Below, in pieces: positions 40,701-50,037 of a DNA stretch of 64,000 nt (positions within the stretch are counted from its first letter, which is position 1; each line of letters starts with the position of its first letter). The notes below the pieces were generated by a model that worked only from the letters and a program-made list of their open reading frames with translations, had not been told where the DNA came from and searched no databases. This DNA is from a virus (Duplodnaviria > Heunggongvirae > Uroviricota > Caudoviricetes), in the IMG/VR virus record IMGVR_UViG_3300021256_000055, positions 7,124-71,123 of that record; one strand, 5' to 3'. Both the position numbers and the translations under genes were made by a program.

Positions 40701-42499
40701 ATCTTAATAAGTGGCTCGGTCTTTCTACAATCTCTAATACTGAATCCACTTGGGATCAGAGTATCTCAGCTGAAGTAGCTTGTGGATATGAAAAAAGAGA
40801 AACTGGTACAAAAAACAGGTACTATATTGTAAATGATGACCGTACTGAATATGTTGATAATAATAGTAATTTCCAAAAAGTACTTGAAAATGATATATTC
40901 TATGTAATAGATTCAACTACTAAAGTCTATAAAAAGGCTACAGCAGAAGACTTAACTTCTGGTAGAGACCTCTTTGTTAAGAGAACTGAGCCAGATGATA
41001 CAGACTATCTCAATAATGCTGATGCAATAGTTAATTCTAACTATGTAATTAAACAGTTACTTAAGAGATTACGTAAAGAAGAATCTTATTATACAATTCT
41101 TACTGAAATCCTTGGTAAAGACTTTGATATAGAAAATGCTAAGGGTCAGATTGAAATTGTAATTGATCCTAAAACTGGCTTACAAAAAATTAAGGGTTCT
41201 TCAGAATATACTCTTACAGATGATATTAAGGATTTATTACTTACAATCTACGGTACAGATGATCTTACCTCTAGAAATGGCGTACAAACAACTTATGAAC
41301 ATCGTTCTAATATTGGTACTAACAGCTTTATTGATGCACATTGTTGGAAAAAACAGGGTTCTGATGAAAAAGCTTATACAAGCGTAGTAATTGGTATTGA
41401 TTCTAAAGTTTGGAAAACTCCTGCTTTTGCTAAGCCTGCTAATTCTGACGCAGAAGTTATAAGTACAATAAGTACAATAAGTAATGATAAAAATACTATT
41501 ACATTAAAGAATGGTAATAGTTATACAAGATATCCTGAGGGTGATGTTCATGAAACATCTAATAATAACAATACTAGATTTACTGGTAATGAACAAGCTC
41601 GTAATATTATTGATGACATCTTAAAAGAATCATATTTTATTCCAGACCCAGTTAAGTATGAATCTGATGAAATCTCAGATAATACAGATGGTAACATAAG
41701 TAAAACTTATAAGAATACAACTACTAGACCTGAAGATTCTAAAGATGTAAAATATACAAATAATACTTATTATGACTTTGATAGCGGTAAATATCACTAT
41801 GACTATGAACATAATTCTGATGATATCCGTGGTGGTGGCGTTGGTAAAGCAATTGGTTATCAAAACCGTAATACACTTTTCCAGGATTACAAAGGTGTTG
41901 AATCCGACATTTTAAGTTCTTCTGGTGTAAAGAATGACGCAGAGTATAGACGCTCACGTTTCGAAGTTCTTGAAGATGAAATCAGACACTTAAGAAGCTT
42001 CTTAGGTCTCAATGAGATTATTGATGATAATACTATTGGTAATAAAAAAGCTGCAGAAACAGTCTATGGTGGCCACTTCTATGGAACCAGTGATACAAGC
42101 TTAGCAGGACATAAATTCTCAGGAGACGCTACACGTAATGGTAACTTCTTTGAAAAATCAAATGCTGCTGCTACAACTACAACTTCCGCAGATTCAAATC
42201 TCTTAACCATGGTATTTAACTTAAGTAATGCTTTAAGAGATATAAGCCGAGAGCTTGGTAAAGAAACAAATTATCATGGCCAAATGAAATCTAAAGTTAA
42301 TGGTGTAACTCTTGATTATACTAAGTTTGACCAGCTTAATAAAGAACGTGAAATGACTATCTATGATAGATTAAACTCCTTAGAGGATATTACTGGTAGC
42401 TTACTTGGTTGGGTAAATAAAAAGAGCTCACAAGGTGGTGAAAGTGAATTTGAGGATGATAATCCTAACGATGGCACATTAAATATTCAGTGGATATAG
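34781..42499 (+). CDS. Giant tail-fibre/spike-like protein (2572 aa) with tail-collar-like and internal peptidase S74-like segments
   Basis: Collar-like LPLG...YGFVLMDG...Y.ALY...F.IP (~aa 575-645). S74-like TSNAKFK...AL....MPI.YWQY...IGI....SIGLLLKAAKE.QERL (~aa 1219-1390). Repeated RI..LE/RF..LE coiled-coil units. Confidence 0.7.
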   Translation: MNKLKKGLTYISERGSFYRYSDKDYDEKWLQPLSEYIPLEAIMRGQPVSIATNEDIRDAANRLADNNEELSNKIYNTILQDSHTFVVLTRPERHKNTIGLSYEYMQGPSYNIDEEELILNDKIHILDSGKFDIDPDYLLKSHQVNNKQLLLDVINKEEYLPDFFKKPYTSLIGQQIYVKGNDAGKLTIVPEEAYIGYNNIIKIGFISDAWINGNNIDEVQEDLAEALAKKEDERTPEEKKLISSIQKDYTDEDAKEYLKNSVTIQVQIQGDDRGALDSTLFEGTIGESVIITEDNPVRVFALGQEDNVAFKARINITPSTTYDIDKETAFIGFQKMDGKTVIVSFGENFSIVKAKDAGITEDAAFLTIANIYDPKFYETCKPHVATYINNIGTDIQDTQNSLANAIKAAWKELTDTEMNVEQLTSFKQETTAGYLEIESSKPGGYYYMYISENLHRIFLQDSYTITNGSSNNKGYVVLADNRIAARQNIIGIYNSGIYGEQLEGRRCIFMHDGLFRHNAEDGKYQEIGKEYFLGRNGFVTRIPDTAYETVVKVFDVQDSEKLLIHCDNMRVKTRGGDLPLGYTKPAVKVGDQFAAEYGFVLMDGVTPYDKDAYKALYERLQAWYPKSQLDAIKDTDPANSFIIPLCTTVTENGGERTLIQIKAQEYGLYEKEPRVPYIRKVGTFETEAENKIIIINGKDYLPGNCVPTIGKYSVKENDKSEIVEVDTRFEITPICDLCIMENNIQEPSIENLDIRLFVDPEYDPSHDVKYHWVEIRNGFQNFNNNTTYGFEWKLDKEDATNDCPFGRYFLSTDIKDGMGIYYQKSGNLAPTRLSGMPWKLVVRRRETVAQQYDLDGVMHAYLRNRVEDEEGKAYTTKAVTGAAVIDAIENRYYVKNLVARPHLVDDEGNVTQSTHILLGRENEPATEVALSSVEELKIHGVNGIKFENTTKEGPYKEDHKIVVKDNWISVEKGHDENNKLVDLPKFADIKGNEFTTKDQVLEHITKDATLGVDATRDDNTKVVHGLIFGPRGNVNASTFNGLPLGTHHSARVIAGGTIAEPTNNEDHPSYLSYIYYGLDPISRTGDAYLTNSEGKVVHNRPKITDAVGNAISGIYSVTGYEDKVNTDDNTDSLTYEEKINNNYSIFYNKVTGQYRGSKNSVSKSKTLEIKYNFNTITSEATGDDKLTTPSYYDFEFLKKLEGEDEAPASIKVGAIGITSNAKFKRIFGESKNKYSSTTSVDTLIGDNSKDYDVFEKDNGSKEYLGSALQAAYEMPIAYWQYISEPKWYKKYIGIVIERINDMRDNLSTSTSRTIFNNNDQKYWAENGSTGSTKPFNSNDNTYHYNEDEIKSISTYLNAVTDNAEGSQNVISSIGLLLKAAKETQERLLKVEASTFGADAPTIPGQTKKFLFPETPDVTPEATHLGLNRLIRAMAIELYGTANPDDEKLGEITESNNTSTTLSRIDTLEAEIEGKTFDEGVDTDAADNVLTTNSATYPYAVNEETSHGGITTTKEIKDVVYIPVNVSDLTYKSVLHNTTLTITDEDVLYYKNKNDVNNPYIVYTGDKTNISIPDDGDELYIKETFVKVLDNQNPLDGRAPIDGESEDSENHGTWTKINFNKQTSFEQVDGKFIADTEHNLVPETERDKFNGTIDAISRICTKVNALTYIVNGKDNINSTPERLNTIRNNIETLIKEAYFDGAPETIVTEATENAKATAITEDEIISQAYIDEDLDHTDKGRTLFHQPSQPYELKKAHDNKGKDYTGISRFDQLSKDLYDYVIKGFDNSKNTVYTNVNSEENGKDLNDKRHTAIQYTSEADKAKGTSKTQVLAGRTFNGKQLLIDGISDSSGANVTSFNQTKSDANLPTTFHLNVPDSIEEYKYASIIDILIDAIGTGYFRYQIEEDSSTTSKELRPTETLTKRIEQIEKALDNVAHKLSQKKFFEGDTTKNFDDNDLFEGNTGNPTYSIEAFINNLNKWLGLSTISNTESTWDQSISAEVACGYEKRETGTKNRYYIVNDDRTEYVDNNSNFQKVLENDIFYVIDSTTKVYKKATAEDLTSGRDLFVKRTEPDDTDYLNNADAIVNSNYVIKQLLKRLRKEESYYTILTEILGKDFDIENAKGQIEIVIDPKTGLQKIKGSSEYTLTDDIKDLLLTIYGTDDLTSRNGVQTTYEHRSNIGTNSFIDAHCWKKQGSDEKAYTSVVIGIDSKVWKTPAFAKPANSDAEVISTISTISNDKNTITLKNGNSYTRYPEGDVHETSNNNNTRFTGNEQARNIIDDILKESYFIPDPVKYESDEISDNTDGNISKTYKNTTTRPEDSKDVKYTNNTYYDFDSGKYHYDYEHNSDDIRGGGVGKAIGYQNRNTLFQDYKGVESDILSSSGVKNDAEYRRSRFEVLEDEIRHLRSFLGLNEIIDDNTIGNKKAAETVYGGHFYGTSDTSLAGHKFSGDATRNGNFFEKSNAAATTTTSADSNLLTMVFNLSNALRDISRELGKETNYHGQMKSKVNGVTLDYTKFDQLNKEREMTIYDRLNSLEDITGSLLGWVNKKSSQGGESEFEDDNPNDGTLNIQWI

Positions 42500-42508
42500 G
42501 AGTAAACT

Positions 42509-42543
42509 AAAAATACCACTTGTTTTTAGCAGGTGGTATTTTT
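42509..42543 (+). terminator. Intrinsic terminator
   Basis: AAAAATACCAC(T)TG...CAGGTGGTATTTTT. Confidence 0.7.
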
Positions 42544-42555
42544 ACTAATTTTATC

Positions 42556-45500
42556 ATGAGTACAACAATATATACAATTTCTAATAAAACTGACGGTCTC
42601 GTAAATGGACATGAAATAATAAAGCCAGCAAAATATAATACTGATATAAACTATAACTGTACGTTTATTATACCTCTTAAGGATATAATTGATACAGAAA
42701 AATATCCTGATGCAAGAATTGAGGGAGAAATTGGCTCAAGTAATGCTTCCATTATTCTAACTGCTGCATATTCAGATGCTGATAAACAAATCCGTCTTCA
42801 AACTGGCCCTTATGTATCCGTAGCGGGTGCAGGAGAAGATTTTATACATGAAGCCTTTGAAGCAAATATAAAATATACACTTAAATATACTGAAGATGGT
42901 GAAGAAATAACAAGAGTAAATTATAGCAAAGTATCATTTTATCTTGAAGTAAATGACACTATTAGCTCCTGTGTAATGACTGCACAAAATGGTACTCTAG
43001 ACCCTGCTGATTATATTGCCGCTCATCAAAATATTGATGGAGGCAAGGATGATCTTGATTCACTAGTAACTAAAAAAGGCCTTATAGCCAATATGAAAGA
43101 GATGGCACGTCAGATTTCTAATAAGATTGGCGCAACATCTGCTTTATCTATAAACTATAATCTTAATGGTGGCCATTGGGATAATGGTTTCGAGCCACGA
43201 TCTACATTTGTAGTGTCAACAGGATATACGCCTAGGCCTCCTAAAAAAGTTGGATATAAATTTACTGGATGGAAAGTATTTGAAGCAAATAGCATAGATG
43301 GTATATCAGAATCATCCACACCGCTTTATCAGGGTGATGTTGCAATTAAAGTTGGTACAAATAAAGATATTACTGCTTGTGCTCAGTGGGCTCCAGTTAA
43401 CTATAAAGTTCAATTTAATAATTTTACAGAAACTCCTTCTGCAAGTTGTACTCTATCAATAGCGTATGGTCAAAATAAAACAGCTGAAAATTCCGAGGGA
43501 TATCAGATTCCTTCCGGTATAACTGCAGGATATAAATTTTCTAATAAATATAAAGCTATTGGTCTTAATAGTCAAGAAGTTATTTATAATATTGGGGATA
43601 GTTTAGATAAAATCTATAGTCTTATAAAGACTGACTCAGAAGTTGATGATACTACAATAATTCTAAATCCAATTGAAGAACCTAAAGTATTTAATATTAC
43701 TTATGATTTATATGGTTCTTCTGATGTTAAACCTAACAATGGTAATGCTAAGTTAGACGATCTCGCAAGTAATACTTATACATATGGTACTACATTTAAC
43801 CTTCCAATTCCAGTTGCTCCTGGCTTTAGTTTTACTGGATGGACTTTTAATGGTATAACTGGAAAAACCAATGAAAGAATAATTAATCCTACAGACTTAG
43901 CTACTGCAGCTAATACTAATATCACTTTTATAGCTACTTGGGAAAAGAAAAATTATCATTTTGAGTATGACTTAAATGGAGGTATTTTACCTGATAAGGA
44001 TAATATCTATATAGTTCCAGGTCAAACATATACGCTAGCTGTACCAGAACGAGAGGGATATAACTTTAAGAATTGGACAACTAAAACTCCAAATAAAGTA
44101 TCTATTAGCGGTAATAAAATTACTACTAATGCAGACTTAGATACTGATGTAATTTTAATTGCAAATTGGACCGCAAAACAAGTACCTGTTACAATAGAAT
44201 ACTGGTATGAAAATATAAACTCTACACGTTTAAATACTGATGCTACTCTAGATAATACTGTATATAATATCTCTAAAACTGAAAGATTGGATTTTGATGC
44301 AACTAAAACTAACGAACAATCTGCTATTTCTGACTCAGAATTGACTATTACATCTCCTACTAGTAGCCAACCTAAAATAGTAATCGCTGGTAGTACTGGT
44401 GCTAATGTAAGCTCTACTATGGAAATAGCAGTTCCTACCGGCTTTACCTATGTAACTAGCTTTATTTCAGATAGTAAAGTTAAAGCCAATGGAACAACAG
44501 TTATTAGATTATATTTTGCTAGAAAAGCTGCATATTATAAAGTAATAGATAAGTATAGTAAAGGTATATATGAGGGATCACAGCCCGTAGATTCTACTAA
44601 TGAGAGAACTGCAGTACAATGTTTATATGGTCAAACAGTTACTGTAAGTCCTTCATTTGGAACAGATAATCCAAAAGAAGGCTATACTGTAGATAAGCCT
44701 TCAATTACAGGCGTGATAACTGGTACATCTTCAGAACCAACTACATTTACTTTCAATTATACAAGAAAATTATTTACCGTCAAGTTTGACACAAATGATT
44801 GTTGTACTCTTGATGGACATGTGGGTAATACATATTCTACTACTGCTTATTATAATGAGAAAATTACATTACCTACTGTACTTAACAATGTAGGTGTTCT
44901 TTCTTCAAAATGGTCTAAAAATGGTGTTGATGCTCTTGAGAATACTTCTGAGCAGACAGAAGCTACTAGAACTATTACTGAAGAAACAATTTTTGTTCGT
45001 ATACCTACTGATATAAACTATACATTAAATATTACCTGTTCTAGTGGTAATTTTAAGTATAATAATGGAGAGGAAGTAAACACCTTAAATATATCAGATT
45101 TAACTCGTAATAACTTTCCATATTTTCTATATAAGATAGAATCTACTGGAAATGACTTTGTTGAATGGCAAATTAAAATGGCGGATGGTTTTGAATCAAT
45201 TCCTAGCCATACAATTTCTAAGGATGTATTTGAAAGATGCGCTAAAGAAAATATTGGTAGCAATGGTACTAGTCAAAAAATTTATGCAAAAGCTATTTTT
45301 AGTATCGCTGAACCTAAAATCTTAGAAGTTGGTAGCAACTGTGTTACTGGTTCTAATAATAATACTAAGTCTCTTAGGATAAAGAAAGTAAGCGCTAAAG
45401 AAAATATAAATACACATATTCAGGTATCAGAAGATACTACACATATAAGTCTTATAAAACTTGGTTCTGAAAGTGGTATAGGTACTCCAATAGCTATTAA

Positions 45501-47646
45501 CGCTAATTCTACTTCCATTAATATTGATAGCTCTTTAGTGGTAAATAGTACAAAAATACTCTTAACTCCAATTAAAGGTACTGGTGATAATCAGGTAACT
45601 GGTAAACCATGTATATTAACTATAGCAAATAATGGTAATACTATTACGGTTACTGCTGAATCTGCATATGGCGCATCTACAGGTGATACAGATACAAAAC
45701 CTGAGTCTGAAAAGTATATTACAAACAAAGAACGCACAAAACTTGCGGGTATTGCAGATAATGCTTCAAAAGTATCAGTTACTTCTATACAAACAGCTAT
45801 CAATGGTCATAATGAAGACGCTGATTATGTACCAGCTGAAAATAATGTAAATAAAACTATTAATTCTTACAAAATAGGTGATATTTCTATAATTCAGGCA
45901 GGTGATGACGCAAATAAAGCTCCTATAGCGCTTTATGGTAAGGATACAACCTACGGACAAGCTAGTAATGATAGTCTCGGTCTTGTAAAACCAGGTAGTG
46001 CAGCTATAATTACTCCTGATAGCGGAACTGATAAGAGAGACTATCCTGTTCAGCTCACATCTGATGGAGAGATGTATGTAAATGTACCTTGGACTGATAA
46101 TCAAAATTTACCAAAAACAAAAATTGTAGCTACTGGAGAAGGTGACTCATATAACGCAACTGAAAACAGTAATAATGATTCTGGTACTGTTCTTCTCCGT
46201 CCTGTAGATGAAACTGTAAGTAGAAATACTGATGGATCATCTTCTACTTCTTATGAAGCACATAATGGTATTAAGCTTACTGGCGCAAGTGGTATAAGTG
46301 TAAAGTCTGATAATAATGGACTAGTTACAATTTCTGGCCATGACGACCCAAAAACTCTTGGTGATTCAGGCGATAATGCTCCAGCAGCTGAAAGTAAATG
46401 CTATATAAAGGCTCCAGCGAAAAATGCTAACTCTGAGGCTTACCTTAAAAAAGATGGTAGCTGGACAGTACCCCCTGATACTCAAATCAAGATTACTCCA
46501 AGCGCAAATGTACGTACTGCTACTACCCCATTTGATGACAGTACCGGTAACTATGGGTTATCTACTAAACAAATTTCATCTCCTTCAGATCCTATAACAG
46601 ATATAAGACCTGGTAATAATATTAAGCTTGTCATTGATGGTAGCAAGTTAATAATCGAAGGTGAAGGTGATACAACTTACGGTGTTGAATCCAACGGAGG
46701 ACTTGAACTTGTTGGTAATAATAAATTTAAGCTTAAGAATGCCTCAGATAGTGAATGTGGCGGTATCAGAGTTGGCATATCTGGTGAGTCTCAGAAGATA
46801 AAGGGAACTGGTATTAATATCCATCGTACAACCTTAGGAACTGGCCTTGGAAATGGTACTTATTACCCAGTAGAAATAACTGATGATGGTGCTGCAATTG
46901 TTTGTATTCCTAATACTAACAGTGTTCCACTTGATGGTACTCCAGGTCAGTTCTTAAAAAAGTCTGATAGCGGACAAGAGTTTGTGAATATCCGTGAGGT
47001 TCCAAATCCTGCTGGCCATACTAATAAGTTCTTAAAAGTATTAAATAGTGATAATGAATATGGTTGGGCTTCTATTAATGAAGTTCCATCTTGTGGCGCT
47101 AATCCTGAGGGATATGTACTCGCAGTTAAAACAGGTGGTACTTACGGTTGGGCTAACATTTCAGATTCAGTAGAAAATATAGCAAGTGGTGTTATAACTG
47201 AAAGGCTTAGTGGCTATATACCATATCCTACTGGTGGTAGTGATAGTCTTCCTATCAATACGGGAAAAGTACTCAAGGTTAACTCAGATGGAAGCGGTGT
47301 AGAATGGGGAGACGCGCCTTCTTCTGGCGCCGCAAAATGGGATAATACTGGTGCTAATAAAATTACTTGTACCTTATCATCAACTGGTACTTTTACACTA
47401 ACATTCCCAAATTCAATTATACATGCAACAGTTATAGCAAGTAAAGCAAACAATACTGGAACTGTAGTAAAACGTCTTATAAGCCATAAAGTAGAGCTCT
47501 CCGGTACAGATGGTATATACGCTTCAAATGTAACAGAAACATATTTCACTATTGATATGCTTGATGATGAAAGTAATGTTCACCATATTATTGCAAAATG
47601 GTGGAAGAATATAGATGATGATACATTCTTTAGAATATATGAATAA
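42556..47646 (+). CDS. Tail-fibre-like protein with Listeria-Bacteroides (InlB B-repeat-like) domains (~1696 aa; start moved to ATG 42556)
   Basis: Repeats Y.LNGG...P.K.GY.F.GW...A.W; fibre motifs AS..SLGLVK, YPVQL...G.MYVNVPW; C-terminal G.(F/V)LKV...W repeats. ATG lies 5 nt after ACTAATT; the TTG at 42520 is inside the terminator. Confidence 0.72.
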   Translation: MSTTIYTISNKTDGLVNGHEIIKPAKYNTDINYNCTFIIPLKDIIDTEKYPDARIEGEIGSSNASIILTAAYSDADKQIRLQTGPYVSVAGAGEDFIHEAFEANIKYTLKYTEDGEEITRVNYSKVSFYLEVNDTISSCVMTAQNGTLDPADYIAAHQNIDGGKDDLDSLVTKKGLIANMKEMARQISNKIGATSALSINYNLNGGHWDNGFEPRSTFVVSTGYTPRPPKKVGYKFTGWKVFEANSIDGISESSTPLYQGDVAIKVGTNKDITACAQWAPVNYKVQFNNFTETPSASCTLSIAYGQNKTAENSEGYQIPSGITAGYKFSNKYKAIGLNSQEVIYNIGDSLDKIYSLIKTDSEVDDTTIILNPIEEPKVFNITYDLYGSSDVKPNNGNAKLDDLASNTYTYGTTFNLPIPVAPGFSFTGWTFNGITGKTNERIINPTDLATAANTNITFIATWEKKNYHFEYDLNGGILPDKDNIYIVPGQTYTLAVPEREGYNFKNWTTKTPNKVSISGNKITTNADLDTDVILIANWTAKQVPVTIEYWYENINSTRLNTDATLDNTVYNISKTERLDFDATKTNEQSAISDSELTITSPTSSQPKIVIAGSTGANVSSTMEIAVPTGFTYVTSFISDSKVKANGTTVIRLYFARKAAYYKVIDKYSKGIYEGSQPVDSTNERTAVQCLYGQTVTVSPSFGTDNPKEGYTVDKPSITGVITGTSSEPTTFTFNYTRKLFTVKFDTNDCCTLDGHVGNTYSTTAYYNEKITLPTVLNNVGVLSSKWSKNGVDALENTSEQTEATRTITEETIFVRIPTDINYTLNITCSSGNFKYNNGEEVNTLNISDLTRNNFPYFLYKIESTGNDFVEWQIKMADGFESIPSHTISKDVFERCAKENIGSNGTSQKIYAKAIFSIAEPKILEVGSNCVTGSNNNTKSLRIKKVSAKENINTHIQVSEDTTHISLIKLGSESGIGTPIAINANSTSINIDSSLVVNSTKILLTPIKGTGDNQVTGKPCILTIANNGNTITVTAESAYGASTGDTDTKPESEKYITNKERTKLAGIADNASKVSVTSIQTAINGHNEDADYVPAENNVNKTINSYKIGDISIIQAGDDANKAPIALYGKDTTYGQASNDSLGLVKPGSAAIITPDSGTDKRDYPVQLTSDGEMYVNVPWTDNQNLPKTKIVATGEGDSYNATENSNNDSGTVLLRPVDETVSRNTDGSSSTSYEAHNGIKLTGASGISVKSDNNGLVTISGHDDPKTLGDSGDNAPAAESKCYIKAPAKNANSEAYLKKDGSWTVPPDTQIKITPSANVRTATTPFDDSTGNYGLSTKQISSPSDPITDIRPGNNIKLVIDGSKLIIEGEGDTTYGVESNGGLELVGNNKFKLKNASDSECGGIRVGISGESQKIKGTGINIHRTTLGTGLGNGTYYPVEITDDGAAIVCIPNTNSVPLDGTPGQFLKKSDSGQEFVNIREVPNPAGHTNKFLKVLNSDNEYGWASINEVPSCGANPEGYVLAVKTGGTYGWANISDSVENIASGVITERLSGYIPYPTGGSDSLPINTGKVLKVNSDGSGVEWGDAPSSGAAKWDNTGANKITCTLSSTGTFTLTFPNSIIHATVIASKANNTGTVVKRLISHKVELSGTDGIYASNVTETYFTIDMLDDESNVHHIIAKWWKNIDDDTFFRIYE

Positions 47647-47658
47647 TTAAAACAACAA

Positions 47659-47688
47659 GGGCTGCTCAGAAACGGGCAGCCAATTTTT
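47659..47688 (+). terminator. Intrinsic terminator
   Basis: GGCTGCTC-AGAAAC-GGGCAGCC followed by AATTTTT. Confidence 0.65.
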
Positions 47689-47728
47689 ATAATAGTATTA
47701 TTTATCTTAGTGCTTCATATAAGAAATA

Positions 47729-48046
47729 TTAGCTAAATAATTGGTTTAGATCTTTATTAATGCTCAAATAGTTCTCTTTTACTTCATCTAAGGCAATTTT
47801 TACTTTTTCTAGGTCTACTTCATCATCAGACTTAAAATATAAACAATTTGGTAATCCTACCCTAATAGGTCCCCAACCTGGGACAACTATAGAATTTTTA
47901 ACATATACGGGTAAGTTATAACCTAATTGTGCCATTTTAATACTTATGGCACCTAGCACAGAATAAATTTTACCTTCGCAATAGCTAAAATCATAACTTA
48001 AAACTTCTTTATTATTTATAATAATTTTAAATTCATTAGGAATCAA
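47729..48046 (-). CDS. Hypothetical protein
   Basis: TTG start with AAGGTG SD. Confidence 0.55.
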   Translation of the reverse strand: MIPNEFKIIINNKEVLSYDFSYCEGKIYSVLGAISIKMAQLGYNLPVYVKNSIVVPGWGPIRVGLPNCLYFKSDDEVDLEKVKIALDEVKENYLSINKDLNQLFS

Positions 48047-48159
48047 TATATTTTTTCACCTTCTCACTTTTTAGATTTATATTTATAAAATATAACTTAA
48101 GTAAAATTAATATTAACATATATCATAAAGCTTAGTGAATAAAATTGCTAAAAAATAAT

Positions 48160-48189
48160 AAAGATCCTGTTTTTTGGACAGGATCTTTT
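48160..48189 (-). terminator. Intrinsic terminator after the lipoprotein gene
   Basis: AAAGATCCTGT...ACAGGATCTTT. Confidence 0.7.
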
Positions 48190-48248
48190 GATAGGTTAGC
48201 TAACTTAAGTAGAAGTTTTCTTTAATAAAAAATCTTTAGTTGTTTCTA

Positions 48249-49331
48249 TTATCTTAGATATATAGATGAATCAACTATAATCATAATTTCATCATTACTT
48301 GAAAATAACGTATCATTAGTTATTTCACAAATAATACCTTTAGATTTCACTTTAATCGCTAAAATTGGAGAATAATACTTATAATCCGTATTGGCAATAG
48401 CACTCTTTATAGATGCAAAAGCTGTAACAATAGATCCGTCTGAATTAAAAGCTATACCCGCAAGTGTGTCATTAAGTTCTGCTCCAGTTGTAGTAATAGG
48501 ATATTTTGCTAATATTTCGCTTCCTTTTACACTTTTAGAAATTTTGTATGATGTCTCAAAAGCATTTGCATAAAATGCTTTGGCGGGAGTATTTTCGTCT
48601 CCTTTATAAACCTTAAATGTAATGGTAATTTTTGCATTATCTTCTTTGAGCTGTTCATTTTCCTCAAGCAATTCATTAACTCTTGCTGTAAGTTCAGCAA
48701 TTTTGGTTTCATATTCTGTTGTATCTACAGCATTTTCTTTATTTTCTTTAAGTTTAGCATTAAGATTAGCAATTTCCTCAGAAATTTTCTGAATCTTATC
48801 TTCTAAAGAAGTATCAGCTTCAGTTTCAATAATGCTATCCAATGAAGCACTCAAGTCGTCAAGCTGTTTCTGAAGTTTATCTTTAGCATCTTTTTCAGCT
48901 TTGAGAGCATCATCGAGTTCTTTGTTTTTATTAGAAAGCTCACTGATAATAGCATCAAGACTTTTAAGTTCTCCTATAATACCTTCAAGCTCTTTGCTAT
49001 ATTCCTGTCCATCAATTTTTCCATCATCAAAATCTTTTGACAATTCTTTAAGATTAGCAATAAGAGCATCATACTCCTCCTGTGCATTCTTAAGTTTTGC
49101 TATCTGTTTAGGAGTAGGATCCTTTAAGTCTTTAAATTTTTCATCCAAGATATTTTTTGCTGCTGTCAAATCAGCAAACTGTTTCTGAAGTTCTTTATTT
49201 TCCTTTTCAAGTCTTTCGTTTTCGGCCTGAAGTTCTGCTAATCCGCTGTTAGGGTCTGCGCAGCCTGTAACCAAAACCATCAATCCTGTAGCAATCAACG
49301 CTACTCCAATAATTTTTGTCAACTTTCTCAT
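48249..49331 (-). CDS. Lipoprotein with long coiled coil
   Basis: Signal peptide II MRKLTKIIGVALIATGLMVLVTG-C, then about 210 aa of coiled coil; AAGGAG SD; own promoter and terminator. Confidence 0.8.
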   Translation of the reverse strand: MRKLTKIIGVALIATGLMVLVTGCADPNSGLAELQAENERLEKENKELQKQFADLTAAKNILDEKFKDLKDPTPKQIAKLKNAQEEYDALIANLKELSKDFDDGKIDGQEYSKELEGIIGELKSLDAIISELSNKNKELDDALKAEKDAKDKLQKQLDDLSASLDSIIETEADTSLEDKIQKISEEIANLNAKLKENKENAVDTTEYETKIAELTARVNELLEENEQLKEDNAKITITFKVYKGDENTPAKAFYANAFETSYKISKSVKGSEILAKYPITTTGAELNDTLAGIAFNSDGSIVTAFASIKSAIANTDYKYYSPILAIKVKSKGIICEITNDTLFSSNDEIMIIVDSSIYLR

Positions 49332-49488
49332 AGTCGTTTTCTCCTTTCAATAAGAGTGTTTTTAGTTTTAGTAGATTTTTCAATCTACATTTATTATATG
49401 TAGACTATTATTTTAAAGTACAAAAACTCCTAAAAGTACTCAACTTTTTAGGAGTAATTATGAGAAAATTAAACTATTTTTATATTTT

Positions 49489-50037
49489 TTATTTTATATA
49501 TTTTTCAATAGTCTTATTTGATTCCTCTAAATCCTTTTTTGCAGTTTCAAGTAAAACCTCAAGCTCTGCAATGCGACGCTTTTTTGCAGAAGCAATTTCA
49601 ACAGTTTCTCGAATACCATAAATTGTATTTATTATTTCTTCTTCACTATACTTACTTTTTTCACCAATTATCTTAACTTTTTCCTGCCATACCTTACGAG
49701 CAATGTCCCAGTCATGATTATACACTCTTACATTTTTCTTTGCGATATGTATCATTTCACAAAGCTCTTTCATACTTACATCATTTCCATTTAACCAAAA
49801 ATGTTCCGCAGTTTTTCTATAAACAATTCTTAAATCAAGCTTATCTAATGAAGTTATACAGCAACGGTCTTCCTTAACTTTATATTCACCATATTTTTGA
49901 AAGCGTTTTAAGTAATATCTTAGTTTATAAAGCCATTCCTGTTCTTTATTAAACTTTTTCTCTTTATCTTTATAATCATTAAAGCATACTTCTAGCTCAT
50001 CGAGAACATCTTTTGTAATTTCAACCATATAGCTCAC
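49489..50037 (-). CDS. Hypothetical protein
   Basis: ORF in a minus-strand orphan operon; the start may be ATG 50028. Confidence 0.65.
   Translation of the reverse strand: MSYMVEITKDVLDELEVCFNDYKDKEKKFNKEQEWLYKLRYYLKRFQKYGEYKVKEDRCCITSLDKLDLRIVYRKTAEHFWLNGNDVSMKELCEMIHIAKKNVRVYNHDWDIARKVWQEKVKIIGEKSKYSEEEIINTIYGIRETVEIASAKKRRIAELEVLLETAKKDLEESNKTIEKYIK

Noticed and set aside
42520-42555. TTG start of the 1708-aa ORF (and likewise TTG 9023 and GTG 23030)
   Set aside because: These starts lie within terminator hairpins or tails; downstream ATGs fit better.
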